From: Chiloscyllium plagiosum
Lineage: Eukaryota
Assembly: GCF_004010195.1 (NCBI RefSeq)
Contig: NC_057718.1
Location: 15,667,416 to 15,731,415 of the forward strand
Direction: 5' to 3'
DNA length: 64,000 nt
Part shown: piece after piece, positions 51,164-62,440 of the stretch
Position numbering within the stretch: the stretch's first letter is position 1
Layout of the letters: each line of letters starts with the position of its first letter
Notes under the pieces: model-generated
Databases searched by the model: none
What the model saw: the letters and a program-made list of their open reading frames with translations, nothing else
Told to the model about the DNA's origin: nothing
Position numbers and translations under genes: made by a program

Positions 51164-52994
51164 CTAAAAACAAAACAAAATAGTTATTGTTGTATTATTG
51201 CAGAGAACACAGACAGTGTACTTGTAAGACAGCTAAATGACAGCACAGGATGTGATGCTCCAATATAGAAAGAGTACCCCCCCCTCCCCCTTGTCATCTT
51301 TAGGAGCATTTTGTAGTCAGCCAAGTGTCATGTTATAATCATGTAATTTAGCTGTAATGTCAGTAAGCATAGGACCAGGCTATGTGCACATCTAAAATCT
51401 TATAACTGCCTTGAAGTTTATTAGCAACATTCTTTACATCAGCCTCAACAAAAATCAGGTCTTCATGGTATATTTCGGGCTAGTATACAGCGACAACACT
51501 CAGATTATATCACACTGATAAGATACCACACCAGTTATAATGTTTTCTTCGAAACAGAAACTATTAAGTATAACGTCCCGTGTTACACCATCACTGAAAA
51601 TTGCAGTCTATTGCTAATGGTACAAATCAATTCATAGCATCAAAATTCAGAGTCAGCTGTTTTCATTATTTTCTGTAGTGAGACTGTAGTGTCTTCCTTT
51701 ATCTGGTATGAAGTACTGAAAGCGATAAATCTATACACACACAATATGCGTATATATACTTTGAACATACTGATGTGAAACCAAGTAGATTGATACAACA
51801 ATAAGGTATTAATTATCACTTCATTAGCTACTGATCAATAGGCCTGAGTCACAGCTACAGGCTAATTGAAAATCTCAGTGTATCATTTGAAAGGGAAAAA
51901 AGGTGAGTACTATAATATTTTCTCTAAGATAAAACAAAAAAGAACTGTAGATGCTGAAAGTCTGAAACAAAAACAGAAATGTTTGGAGAAACTCAGGTCT
52001 GGCCACATCTATGGACAGAAAGCAGAGTTAATGTTACAAATCCAGTGACCCTTCTTCAGATCTGCCGAATCTCTCCAGCAAAGTTTCTCTTTTTCTCTTT
52101 TCCCTCATATTCTTTGTTAAACCAGCAACAGGTTTAAAATTAGCATGAGGCATTCCTGGGCCAAATAAAACGTAGGCAACAGCTGCACTAATTTCTGGCA
52201 AATGAAATTGTGGTGAAATCAACCCCTACCTTTAATGTGTTGAATAAATTTCTCAACCACTACATTAATGTAAAAAAAAGGAGTAATTCTGTTGAAATAC
52301 AAAAGGAATTTTGTATAAATGGGTTGATCAGCGTAATTTAATCAATTTGAGGGTTCCTTCTGTTGCACACAATTGAGGTTTTTCTACTTCATGTCGTAGC
52401 AACCCTTTAAAATGTTGTTAATTTTAGTGCCAAATTATAAGTGATTTTGCAATAGGAACTGAATGAATTCAGGCCACTCAAATTGATTTCCTGTAGGTTG
52501 CTTATGGACTGATCTGTAATAGGTAAAAGTTACTTTGAAAACCAAGATGCTTTATAAAAGCAAAGGTGGTAGATTATAAGTAATAACCTTACATTAAGTG
52601 TAAAACGCTGGGTTTTATCTGTCAACTGGTCTGCATTTATCTTGGAGATTGTTTAAAATACCGAAAGCTTTTGTTTTATTTTCCCAATTCAACTCGTTTA
52701 AATCTCAATTTTCTGAATCAGCAGGCAGTAGTGTTTGAGTTAATTTGGATCTGAATATACAGTTTCATTACAGATAGAATTGCCCAATGTTGGTAAAATT
52801 TTATTAGTCATTGATCACATTAGGTGGCTGAAATTATTGAGAGAAACCAACTATAGATATCCAAAACACAAGCTTTATCCATGAACACCAGCAATATCAA
52901 ATAATTCATTCAACATCCAACATAATAATGAATTCACAATGAAATGACAGGTATTCCGCTCATGAATTTCTTTTACAGAAAAAAGTAACCAAGT

Positions 52995-54690
52995 CAGAGT
53001 CATAGAGCTGTACAGCATGGAAATAGACCCTTCAGTCCAACTCATTCATGCCAACCAAATGTCCTAAATAAATCTAGTCTATTTGCCAACATTTGGCCTA
53101 TATCCCTCTAAACCCTTCCTATTCACATACCTATCCAGATGCTTTGTTCCAGTCTCCACCACTTCCTCTGGCAGCTCATTCCATACACGCACCACCCTTT
53201 TCATGAAAACATTGCTTTTGATGTCCCTTTTAAATCTTTCCCTTCTCACCTTAAACCTATGCCCTCTAGTTTTGGATTCTCTCACCCTGGGGAAAAGACC
53301 TGTCTATTTACTTGATCCATGCCCCTCATGATTTTATAAACCTCTGTAAGGTCACTCCTCAGCCTCTGATGCTCCAAGGAAAACAGCCCCTTTCTATTCT
53401 GGCTGTCCCGACAGCCTAAACTCTCCAACCTTGCATTATCCTTGCAAATCTTTTCTGAACCCTTTCAAGTCTCACAACATCCTTCCTATAGCAGGGAGAC
53501 CAAAATTCAATGTAGTATTCCAAAAGTGGCCTAACCAATGTCCTGTACAGCCGCAATGTGACCTCCCAACTCTTGTGCTCAGTACTCTGACCAATAAAGG
53601 AAAGCAAACCGAACACCATATTCACTATCCTATTTACCTGCAACTCCACTTTCAAGCAACTATGAACCTGCACTGCAAAGTCTCTTCGTTCAGCTAGTGG
53701 ACTAATGAAATTTTACCAACATTGGCCAATTCTATCTGTAATGAAACTGTATATCCAGATCCAAATCAAACACTACTGCCTTCTGATTCAGAAAATTGAG
53801 ATTTAAACGAGTTGAATTGGGAAAATAAAAAAAAAGCTTTTGGTAATTTAAACAACCTTACCACTAAGTGTAGAAGTTCTGCCCTTATTTGCCTTTCCAA
53901 AATGCAGCACTTCACATTTATCTAAATTAAACTCCACCTGTCATTCCTCAGCCCATTGGCCCATCTGATCAAGATCCCATCATATTCTGAGGTAACTTTC
54001 ACTGTCCACTACACCTCCAATTTTGAAATAAACTTATTAACCATACTTCCTATGTTCACATCAAAATCATTTATTAAATGACAAAAAGCAGTGGACCCAA
54101 CACAGATACTTGTGGCAGACAACTGGTCACAGGCCTCCAGCCCGAAAGACAACCTCCAGTCACCACCCTCTGTCTTCTACCTTCGAGCCAGTTCTGTGCC
54201 CAAAGGGCTAGTTCTCCCTGTATTTCATGTGATCCAATCTTGCTAATCCAGTCTACCATGAGAAACCTTGGTGAATGCCTTACTGAAGTCTATACAATGT
54301 CCACCGCTCTGCCCTCATCAATCCTCTTCATTAGTTCAAAAAAATGCTTTCAAATCAGTGAGACATGATTTCCCATGCACAAAGCCATTTTGACTATCCC
54401 TAATCAGTCCTTGCCTTTCCAAATACATGTAAGTCCTATCCCTCAGGATTCCCTCCAACAACTTGCCTACCACTGATGTCAGGCTCACTGGTCTATAGTT
54501 TCCTGGCTTTGCCTTACCATCTTTTTTAAGTAGTGGCATCACATTAGCCAACCTCTAGTCTCCTGGCAGCTCATCTGTGACTATCGATGATACAAATATC
54601 TCAGCAAGGGGCCCAGCAATCACATGCCTAGCTTCCCACAGAGTTCAAGGGCACATGTGATCATGTCCTGGGGATTTATCCACTTGGATA
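52995..54690 (-). mobile_element. CR1 LINE RT half plus tail in SRD5A2 intron 3
   Basis: Motifs GNYRPVSLTSVVGKLLE, PQVSVLGPLLF and LVRPLLEY. Interrupted at 53700-53855 by an inverted copy of nearby intron sequence. Confidence 0.9.
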
Positions 54691-55002
54691 ACAGTAGATA
54701 ATAACAAGTGAGAATAGTTGAATTTGGCAGTGAATATTTTTTTAAAAATTCAAAATTAATTACAGGCACTTCCTCAGCATTTGCTTATGGGATTTAGCTA
54801 CCATGTAAGGCCATGTACTGTGACTATCCTCATGGAGGCTTAAAAAAAAAACAGGAAAACAAATATTTGCTTAGTAAATCATTACTTTATTATGTGGATG
54901 ACAGAAAAGTATGCACTTGATGGATGCTAAATGCAATACTCAAGTACTGGTGTATGGCAAGATAAAAAATGAGTGGGGGTTTAGGGAAGAGACTAATGTT
55001 AC

Positions 55003-55104
55003 CTTTAGGAATCTTGTAACTTGTGTCTCCAGGTTTTCTCAACTTCCGTAACAAATGATCACTATGGATATTGAAAGCCATTCCTAGTAAGAATAGCATC
55101 ATCC
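55003..55104 (-). CDS. SRD5A2: Steroid 5-alpha-reductase exon 3 (102 nt)
   Basis: Bounded by TTGTAG| and |GTAAC. Encodes GMMLFLLGMAFNIHSDHLLRKLRKPGDTSYKIPK. Confidence 0.95.
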
Positions 55105-56152
55105 CTACAAGACCAAAAAAATTTCTTTGAATACAACAGCAAGAACACAAACTGAACTTTGATCAATGTAGTGTACTCCACTATAGATGTTAAGATGATA
55201 CAGATCAAAAGTCTAACAAATGTTTAATATTGCAGTATGGCATCTTGTTTTTATCTGCTCTTTTCAACTTAGTCCAGCCTAGTCCCATCATTTTTTCTAA
55301 AAATTGAGTGGAGAGAGCCCAAAATCAGTGATATGAATGTTCTGTGATTTACCCATGTACAGCAGGTAAACCGTGAATAAGAACCAAAGAAAAAATGGAC
55401 AAGACTCAACCAATGCTACAGCATCTGAGAGAAACAGACTTAAAATTTCAGGAAAACTACCTTTCATCAGATGAATCTTGAATACTCTTCCCTTTTCATC
55501 TCAAATCACTTTCAAGGTGCAAGAAGCCAAAATGTAGAAAAAGGAACAGCAATTTTTACAATGTGGGAAAAATGTTAATTATTTGAGTTATGATTTGAGT
55601 TATGATTGACATGTAGATGTGGCAGGAACAGTTAACTGTCAACCTTATTTAGCAGTTTAAAGTCAGATCTGGTAGGCGGACACAGATTGACCAAGCTGTA
55701 GCAATTGAGAACATAGCACGAATTGCTGTTTCCAGAATTCTTTCATCTTTGAAAAAAGGTACAATTTATGGGCATATTGTTTTTACCTACAAAGAACAAA
55801 TTTCTGCACTTGAATACATGTAGCTTATATCATGTGCAAATGAATCATACTGCAAGCCTGGCTGACCTTAGATTGGCTTAGTTCAAAATGTGAAAAGCCA
55901 AAGAGTAATGGCCATAGCTATCAAAATATCTAACTCCAATGCCTAAATCTGAAGTACAAATGATGTATTTTCAGGTTCACAGAAGAATGCCTATCAATCA
56001 ATAGAAGGGAGCAGATTCTTTGATTCTTTTAAACATCTCCTAATTGTCCCCTTCTCTGAAGTAAGCTTATTTAATTTCCGGTTCGTTATAGCACTTCAAT
56101 AGAAGTGCATGTCAATGCTTGCACAAGATTGCTCAATTTTATGGTCAATATT

Positions 56153-56618
56153 CTGAATGTAGGTTGGTTGCTGAGCTGGAAGGTTCATTTTCAGATATTT
56201 CATCACCATACGAGATAACATCTTCAGTGAGCCTCTAGACGAAGCACTGCTGGTGTTTCCTGCTTTCTATTTATATGTTTAGGTTTCCTTGGGTTGGTGA
56301 TGTCATTTCCTGTGGTTCCAACCGGAACTCTATCAACAAGCACATTGACTTGGACCCCATTTACCACCTTCTGAGAAAAGGAACGAAATGACATCACCAT
56401 AGGAAATGACATCCCCACAGGAAATGACATCACCAACCCAAGGAAACCAAAACCTATAAATAGAAAGCAGGAAACACCAGCAGTGCTTTGTCCAGAGGCT
56501 CACTGAAGATGTTACCTAGTATAGTGACGAAACGTCTGAAAATTGACCTTCCAGCTCAGCAAGCAAACCTACATCCATAATCTCAACCTGAGCTACAAAT
56601 CTTCTCAAAACTTGCTAA
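56153..56618. mobile_element. Head-to-head inverted Poseidon-derived element with hammerheads and a perfect 12-bp TSD
   Basis: TSD ATGGTCAATATT at 56141-56152 and 56619-56630. Hammerhead cores at 56194-56227 (-) and 56503-56536 (+). Internal GGAAATGACATCACC repeats. Confidence 0.85.
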
Positions 56619-56854
56619 ATGGTCAATATTATTGGAAATTGGGGGATGTCAAAAACTACACTTTCCTCCTATTTACTGTCTAACATGAGATTTTATTCAA
56701 TAGCTAATGTAGCAGTAATTAGTTTCCCAAAGTTCTAGCGTATGAGAACAAAAATAAGCATTATAATAAATAGTCTGCAGGACAGAGGTACTTGATGACT
56801 CACTGCCTTACAACACAGCTACTCTACAATACAACTATTAGAACATTGAGTGGT

Positions 56855-57045
56855 AGAAAGTGAGGACTGCAGATGCTGAAGATCACAATCGAGAGTGTGG
56901 TGCTGGAAAAGTACAGCAGGTCAGGCAGTATCCGAGGAGCAGGAGAATTGATGTTTCAGGCATAAGCCCTGATAAGCCCTGATGAAGGGCTTATGCCCGA
57001 AACATCAATTCTCCTGCTCCTCAGATGCTGCCTGACCACACTCTT
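56855..57045. mobile_element. Short palindromic Neptune-terminal derivative with a hammerhead
   Basis: Inverted arms of about 50 bp. CTGATGA-A-GGGC-TTAT-GCCC-GAAACATC at 56979-57006. Confidence 0.8.
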
Positions 57046-57621
57046 GACAACTATTACAACATTGCCAACTTCTCCACACTTCCCCAATGATCAGAAACTC
57101 TCCAAGAAGATTTTTTCAAATAAAAAGAAAAATATTGTTCATAAAGCTCCACACCACCAAATGAAAATATCATGCTGGAGAAAAAAACAACTTTCCTATG
57201 AGGACAGCCTGACATTCAAAGATATGCATGTGTATTTTGCACCCAAACCTTTCCCAATCTACAGCAAGGTTACACATAATGTGGTAACTTGGAAGGCAGA
57301 CAAAAGTTGTTTTCCAGTTTTAAAAAAGTCTAAATTCCGCATTCATGGCATTGGCAGAAAAGTCCAGCCCATTAAACCTTGTATTTCTCCTCTTCGCAAA
57401 TGTTGCCAGATCTGCTAAGTATTTCCATGATTTCCTGTATTGATCTCAGATTTCCACAGTCTAATACTTTGCTTTAAATAAATGAAAACAATTGCAAAAG
57501 ATAAATACGTGGAAAGTGTGTAGGAGTACAGTAAGCAAAAATGTTAGGAATGGTAGGAAATAAAATTACAGAAAGTTTGTTTTAAAAAAGCTTTGTCTGA
57601 TTTAATATCATATCAACTTAC

Positions 57622-57782
57622 CAAACAAAAATCTGAAGTCAGTGGTCCAGCTATTATACTTGGTACAGTAGATCAAGTTGTGTCCTTGAAGATACCCATT
57701 CAAAGCACAAAATACAAAACATTTCAAAACAAAGAAGATTTCAACAACTTGTCCTCTGGTGAAACATCCATAAATAAATACC
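57622..57782 (-). CDS. SRD5A2: Steroid 5-alpha-reductase exon 2 (161 nt)
   Basis: Bounded by TTTTAG| and |GTAAGT. Encodes (R)VFIYGCFTRGQVVEIFFVLKCFVFCALNGYLQGHNLIYCTKYNSWTTDFRFLF(G). It is not in the ORF track. Confidence 0.93.
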
Positions 57783-57884
57783 CTAAAATATAGGAGATTG
57801 AAAGTATTAATTATACTCTTGACCCTTTGCAGTACTTATATTAATGAACTATTTGGATTTGAAAAGAAGGAGACACATTTGCGC

Positions 57885-58210
57885 AGATAGAGTGAATTGA
57901 CTAGGCTTTTTCCCCAAGGTAGGAGAGTCCAAAATTAGAGAGCATAGGTTTAATGTGAGAGGGGAAAGGGACCTAAGAGCAACCTTTTCACACAGAGGAT
58001 GGTGCATGTATGAAATGAGCTGCCAGAGGCACTGATGGAGGCGGCTACAATTACGACATTTAAAAAGCATTGGAATAAGTATATGAATAGGAAGGGTTTA
58101 GAGGGATAAAGGTGAAATGCTGGCAGATGAGACTAGATTTATTTAGGATATTTGGTCGGAATGGACAAGTTGGACCAAAGGGTCTGTTTCCATGCTGTAC
58201 AGCTCTATGG
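57885..58210 (+). mobile_element. CR1 3' end
   Basis: FFTQRMV..NELPE-like sequence and a CR1 tail, same family as 52995-53400. Confidence 0.82.
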
Positions 58211-58353
58211 CTCGCATTTCAGGACACCCCAAGAGTACTTTTCAATCATGGATCAATTCTGAAACAGAACTAATTTACAGAAAAGCACCATAAAATTGTG
58301 TACATTGGACAGATAAATACTGCTCAGAACATTAGGGATAACTAGGGATAACT

Positions 58354-58680
58354 TGGGTGGCACGGTGGCACAGTGGTGGGCGGCACGGTGGCACAGTGGT
58401 TAGCACTGCTGCTTCACAGCGCCTGAGACCCGGGTTCAATTCCCGCCTCAGGCGACTCTGTGTGGAGTTTGCACATTCTCCCCGTGTCTGCGTGGGTTTC
58501 CTCCGGGTGCTCCGGTTTCCTCCCACAATCCAATAAATGTGCAGGTTAGGCAAATTGGCCATGCTAAATTGCCCGTAGTGTTAGGTGTAGGGGTAATGGG
58601 TCTGAGTGGGTTACGCTTCAGCGGGTCGGTGTGGACTTGTTGGGCCGAAGGGCCTGTTTCCACACCGTAATTAATCTAAT
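58354..58680 (+). mobile_element. HE1-type V-SINE with a duplicated 5' head
   Basis: A box TGGCACAGTGG, B box GGTTCAATTCC, V-core and AATCT tail. The first ~24 nt are tandemly duplicated. Confidence 0.9.
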
Positions 58681-59180
58681 NNNNNNNNNNNNNNNNNNNN
58701 NNNNNNNNNNNNNNNNNNNNNNNNNNNNNNNNNNNNNNNNNNNNNNNNNNNNNNNNNNNNNNNNNNNNNNNNNNNNNNNNNNNNNNNNNNNNNNNNNNNN
58801 NNNNNNNNNNNNNNNNNNNNNNNNNNNNNNNNNNNNNNNNNNNNNNNNNNNNNNNNNNNNNNNNNNNNNNNNNNNNNNNNNNNNNNNNNNNNNNNNNNNN
58901 NNNNNNNNNNNNNNNNNNNNNNNNNNNNNNNNNNNNNNNNNNNNNNNNNNNNNNNNNNNNNNNNNNNNNNNNNNNNNNNNNNNNNNNNNNNNNNNNNNNN
59001 NNNNNNNNNNNNNNNNNNNNNNNNNNNNNNNNNNNNNNNNNNNNNNNNNNNNNNNNNNNNNNNNNNNNNNNNNNNNNNNNNNNNNNNNNNNNNNNNNNNN
59101 NNNNNNNNNNNNNNNNNNNNNNNNNNNNNNNNNNNNNNNNNNNNNNNNNNNNNNNNNNNNNNNNNNNNNNNNNNNNNNNN

Positions 59181-59454
59181 AGTGCCCACAGAACAAGCAC
59201 AGCAGCAGTTTACTCCCCAAGTTATCTAGGTCGCCCGACTGATAAATTAACAGAACCGGTACAGCAAACGAAGGCAATTCCTGAACGAACCAACCCACAT
59301 TAGCCGGGATTAGGATTTTGGTCGTAGACGATTTCAAGCTGTATCTTCCGTAAGAAGCAGCCCTCTTTTGATGTTGCTTCCAAACGAGGATTCCGAGAAG
59401 GATTAACGCGCTGGACAGGAAAACCATGACGGTTCCATTGCAGTGTGACTCCAT
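59181..59454 (-). CDS. SRD5A2: Steroid 5-alpha-reductase exon 1 (last ~10 nt and the donor are lost in the gap)
   Basis: Encodes MESHCNGTVMVFLSSALILLG...SYGRY...PANVGWFVQELPSFAVP...LLCLFCGH in a CpG-enriched context. ELPSFAVP, LQGHNLIYC and YHHRFY look more like type 2 than type 1. Confidence 0.92.
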
Positions 59455-59813
59455 ATCGTTCGAACAGTAATATCACTGAAATGTCAATTCCACTTTCCAA
59501 GCATCGAATCGCTATTAACCTTTGGGCAGGTCCAAGAAACAAATTGCAATCACTTTCCGAAAGACAGCCCCCTTTTCTCCTGACTAGTTCGATACCAGAA
59601 TAATTTGTCAGCTTTTAAACAAATACATTTTTGCGTTAAGACCAAAACTCCGCCCATTCAATTTCCTTTGTAAATTACGAATGGAGCAAAAGACGTTTTA
59701 TCACGTTTTTAAGTGCGCTTTTTCGGCCATTAGGGGAAAGTTTGCTCAAATCGACATCGTGGGGATATTGAATATAACCAAATCTCACGTTTTTAGTGGT
59801 CTACACTTTCAGA

Positions 59814-60114
59814 TTTGGAGATGCCGGTGTTGGACTGGGGTGTACAAAGTTAAAAATCACACAACATCAGGTTATAGTCCAACAGGTTTAATTGGAAGCA
59901 CACTAACTTTCGGAGCGACGCTCCTTCATCAGATGATAGTGGAGGGCACCATTCTAAGGCACAGAATATATAGCAAAAAATTTTTTTGAGGCATTTTTTG
60001 AGGTTTGTGCCCTCCACTATCACCTGATGAAGGAGCGTCGCTCCGAAAGCTAGTGCTTCCAATTAAATCTGTTGGACTCTAACCTGGTGTTATGTGATTT
60101 TTAACTTTGTACAC
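59814..60114. mobile_element. Palindromic hammerhead-bearing element (third family) with a 12-bp flanking direct repeat
   Basis: Inverted arms 59840-59949 and 60007-60114. Hammerhead at 60021-60055. TACACTTTCAGA at 59802-59813 and 60110-60121. Confidence 0.8.
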
Positions 60115-60204
60115 TTTCAGACGTCGCTTCCGCAGGGTGCGACTGTAACTCTTGCCGAGACTTGTTTATACTAACAGGTAATGACTTGCACTGTAAATGA
60201 GACT

Positions 60205-62010
60205 ACAAGACATAGGAGCTATTCAATCATGGCTGATGCATTTCTCAACCCCATTATCCCGTGTTTTCCCTGTAATCCTTGATCCCCTTTACAATCAAGA
60301 ACCTGTCCATCCCAGTCTTCAATATAATTATTGACCTGGACTCCACAGCCTTCTGTGGCAATGATTTCCATAGGTTCACGACTCTGGCTGAATAAGTTTC
60401 CCCTTATCTCTGTTCTAAAGGGTCTTCCCTTTATGTAAGACTACACTCTTGGGTCCTAGTCTTCCCTACCAATGAACACATCTTCCCAGTATCAACATGT
60501 GAACAGCATGGTGGCTCAGTGGTTAGCAGTACTGCTTCACAGTGTCAGGTTCGATTCTTGCCTCTGGCAATTGTCTGTGTCGGTTTCCTTTGGGTGCTTC
60601 GGTTTCCTCCCACAATCCAAAGATGTGCAGGCCAGGTGAATTGGCCATGCTAAATTACCCAGAGTGTTAGGTGCATTAGTCAGGCGTAAACATAGGGTAG
60701 AGGAATGGGTCTGGGTCAGTTACTCTTCAGAGGGTTGGTGTGGACTTGTTGGGCTGAAGGGCCTGTTTCTATATTGTAGGGAATCTAATTTAATCTACTC
60801 TGTCCAGGCCATTCAGTATTCTGTAAGTTTCAATTAGATCCTCCCCCCATCCTCCTAAACACCATTGAGTACAGACCCAGAGTCCTCAAGCAGTGGCATT
60901 TTCATTCCTGGGACACATTCTCATGAACCTCCTCTGAACATGCTCCAGGGCCAGTCCATCCTTCTGGAGATATGGGGTCCAAAATTGCACACAATACTTC
61001 ATCTGTGGTCTGACCAGTGCATTATAGAGCCTCAGAAATACATCCCTGCTTTTATATTCAAGTCCTCTTAAAATAAATGCCATTATTGCATTCACCTTCC
61101 TAATTGCTGACTCAACCTGCAAGTTTACCTTGAGAGAATCCTGGACTAGAACTCCCAAGTCTCTTTACATTTCAGACTTCTGAATCTTCTTCCCATTTGA
61201 AATATAGACTATGCCTCTGTTCTTCCCACCAAAGTGCATGACCTCACACTTTCCCACATTGTACTTCATCTGTCACTTCTTTGCACACTCTCCTAACCTG
61301 TCCAAATCCTCCTGCAGCCTCCCTGCCTATTCCTCTACCTATCTTTGTATTATCTGCAAACTTAGGTAGAATGCCCTCAGTTAGTTCATTGAGGTCATTA
61401 ATGTATTAAGTGAAAAGTTGTGATCCCAACACTGAGCCTTGCGGAACACCACTTGTCACTGGCTGCCATCCTGAGAAGGACCCTTTTATCCCCACCCTCT
61501 GATTTCTGCCAGACAGCCAAGCTTCTATTCATGCTAACATCTTGCCTTTAACACCATGGGCCCTTATCTTACTCAGTAGCCTCCTGTGCGGCATCTTGTC
61601 AAAGGTCTTCTTGAAATCCAGGTAGTTAACATCATTAGCTCTTTTTGGTCCATCCTGTTCGTTACTTCCTCAAAGAATTCCAGCAGATTTGTTAGGCATG
61701 ACCTCCCCTTAATGCAACCATGCTTACTTTGCCCTATTTTACCTTATCTTCTAATTATTCAGAAATCTCATCATTTGCAATAGATTCCAGGATCTTACCC
61801 ATAGCCAAGGTTGGGCTAATTGGTCTGTCATTTTCCATCTTTTGCCTTACTTCCTTTTTAAAAAAGGGTGTCACATTAGTGATTCTCCAGTCCTCTGGGA
61901 CCCTCCTTGATTCTAATGATTCCTGAAAGATCACTACCAATGCCTCCACTTTTTCTTCAGCTATCTCCATGAGAACTCTGGGGTGTAGTCCATCTGGTCC
62001 AGGTGATTTA
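60205..62010 (-). mobile_element. CR1 LINE RT half plus tail with a nested HE1 SINE (about 60505-60797, +)
   Basis: Motifs KSPGPDGLHPRVL and LVRPQMKYCVQFW. The SINE head is CATGGTGGCTCAGTGGTTAGCA. Confidence 0.88.
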
Positions 62011-62349
62011 AAACTGTAGCACCTGTTGATCTTCTGAACGTCTTCTTGGAAGGTGAGGCTATTAGGTCCATTGCGCCTCTGCGGGCTCTTTGACAAATCT
62101 ATCACATACTCCAACTACCAATGGGGTCATAAATGGCAAACAACAGAAAAGGATTTTAAGCAAGATTTATGTCACTGCTGATTTGATGGTTTTGCAACAA
62201 ACATATTCTGTTTAATCTTTATAAACAATAGTCTATTCTTTTGTTTCTAATATGAATTAATAATTTGATTATGAAATGCAGTAACGAGCGAAAGTGGGTG
62301 AGATCCTGTTTTGCTATAGTTCTGTGTCCTATGATCCTACTACTACTCA

Positions 62350-62440
62350 ACTAGCTACCTGATGAAGGAGCAGTGCTCCGAAAGCTTGTACTTCCAAACA
62401 ATCCTGTTGGACTATAACTGGTGGTGTGGGATTTTTAACA
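62350..62440 (+). mobile_element. Fragment of the third hammerhead-bearing family
   Basis: TAC-CTGATGA-A-GGAGC-AGT-GCTCC-GAAAGCTT-GTA followed by CCTGTTGGACTATAAC, as at 60021-60110. Confidence 0.75.

Noticed and set aside
56380..56440. Short GGAAATGACATCACC tandem repeats resembling an array
   Set aside because: This is an internal minisatellite of the PLE 3' region with no unique spacers. It is not CRISPR, and the DNA is eukaryotic.
58378..58450. tRNA-like sequence with A and B boxes
   Set aside because: It is the tRNA-derived head of an HE1 SINE, not a tRNA gene.
62010..62130. Non-CR1 N-terminal part of ORF 61755-62114 as a possible exon
   Set aside because: No recognisable homology or convincing splice context.
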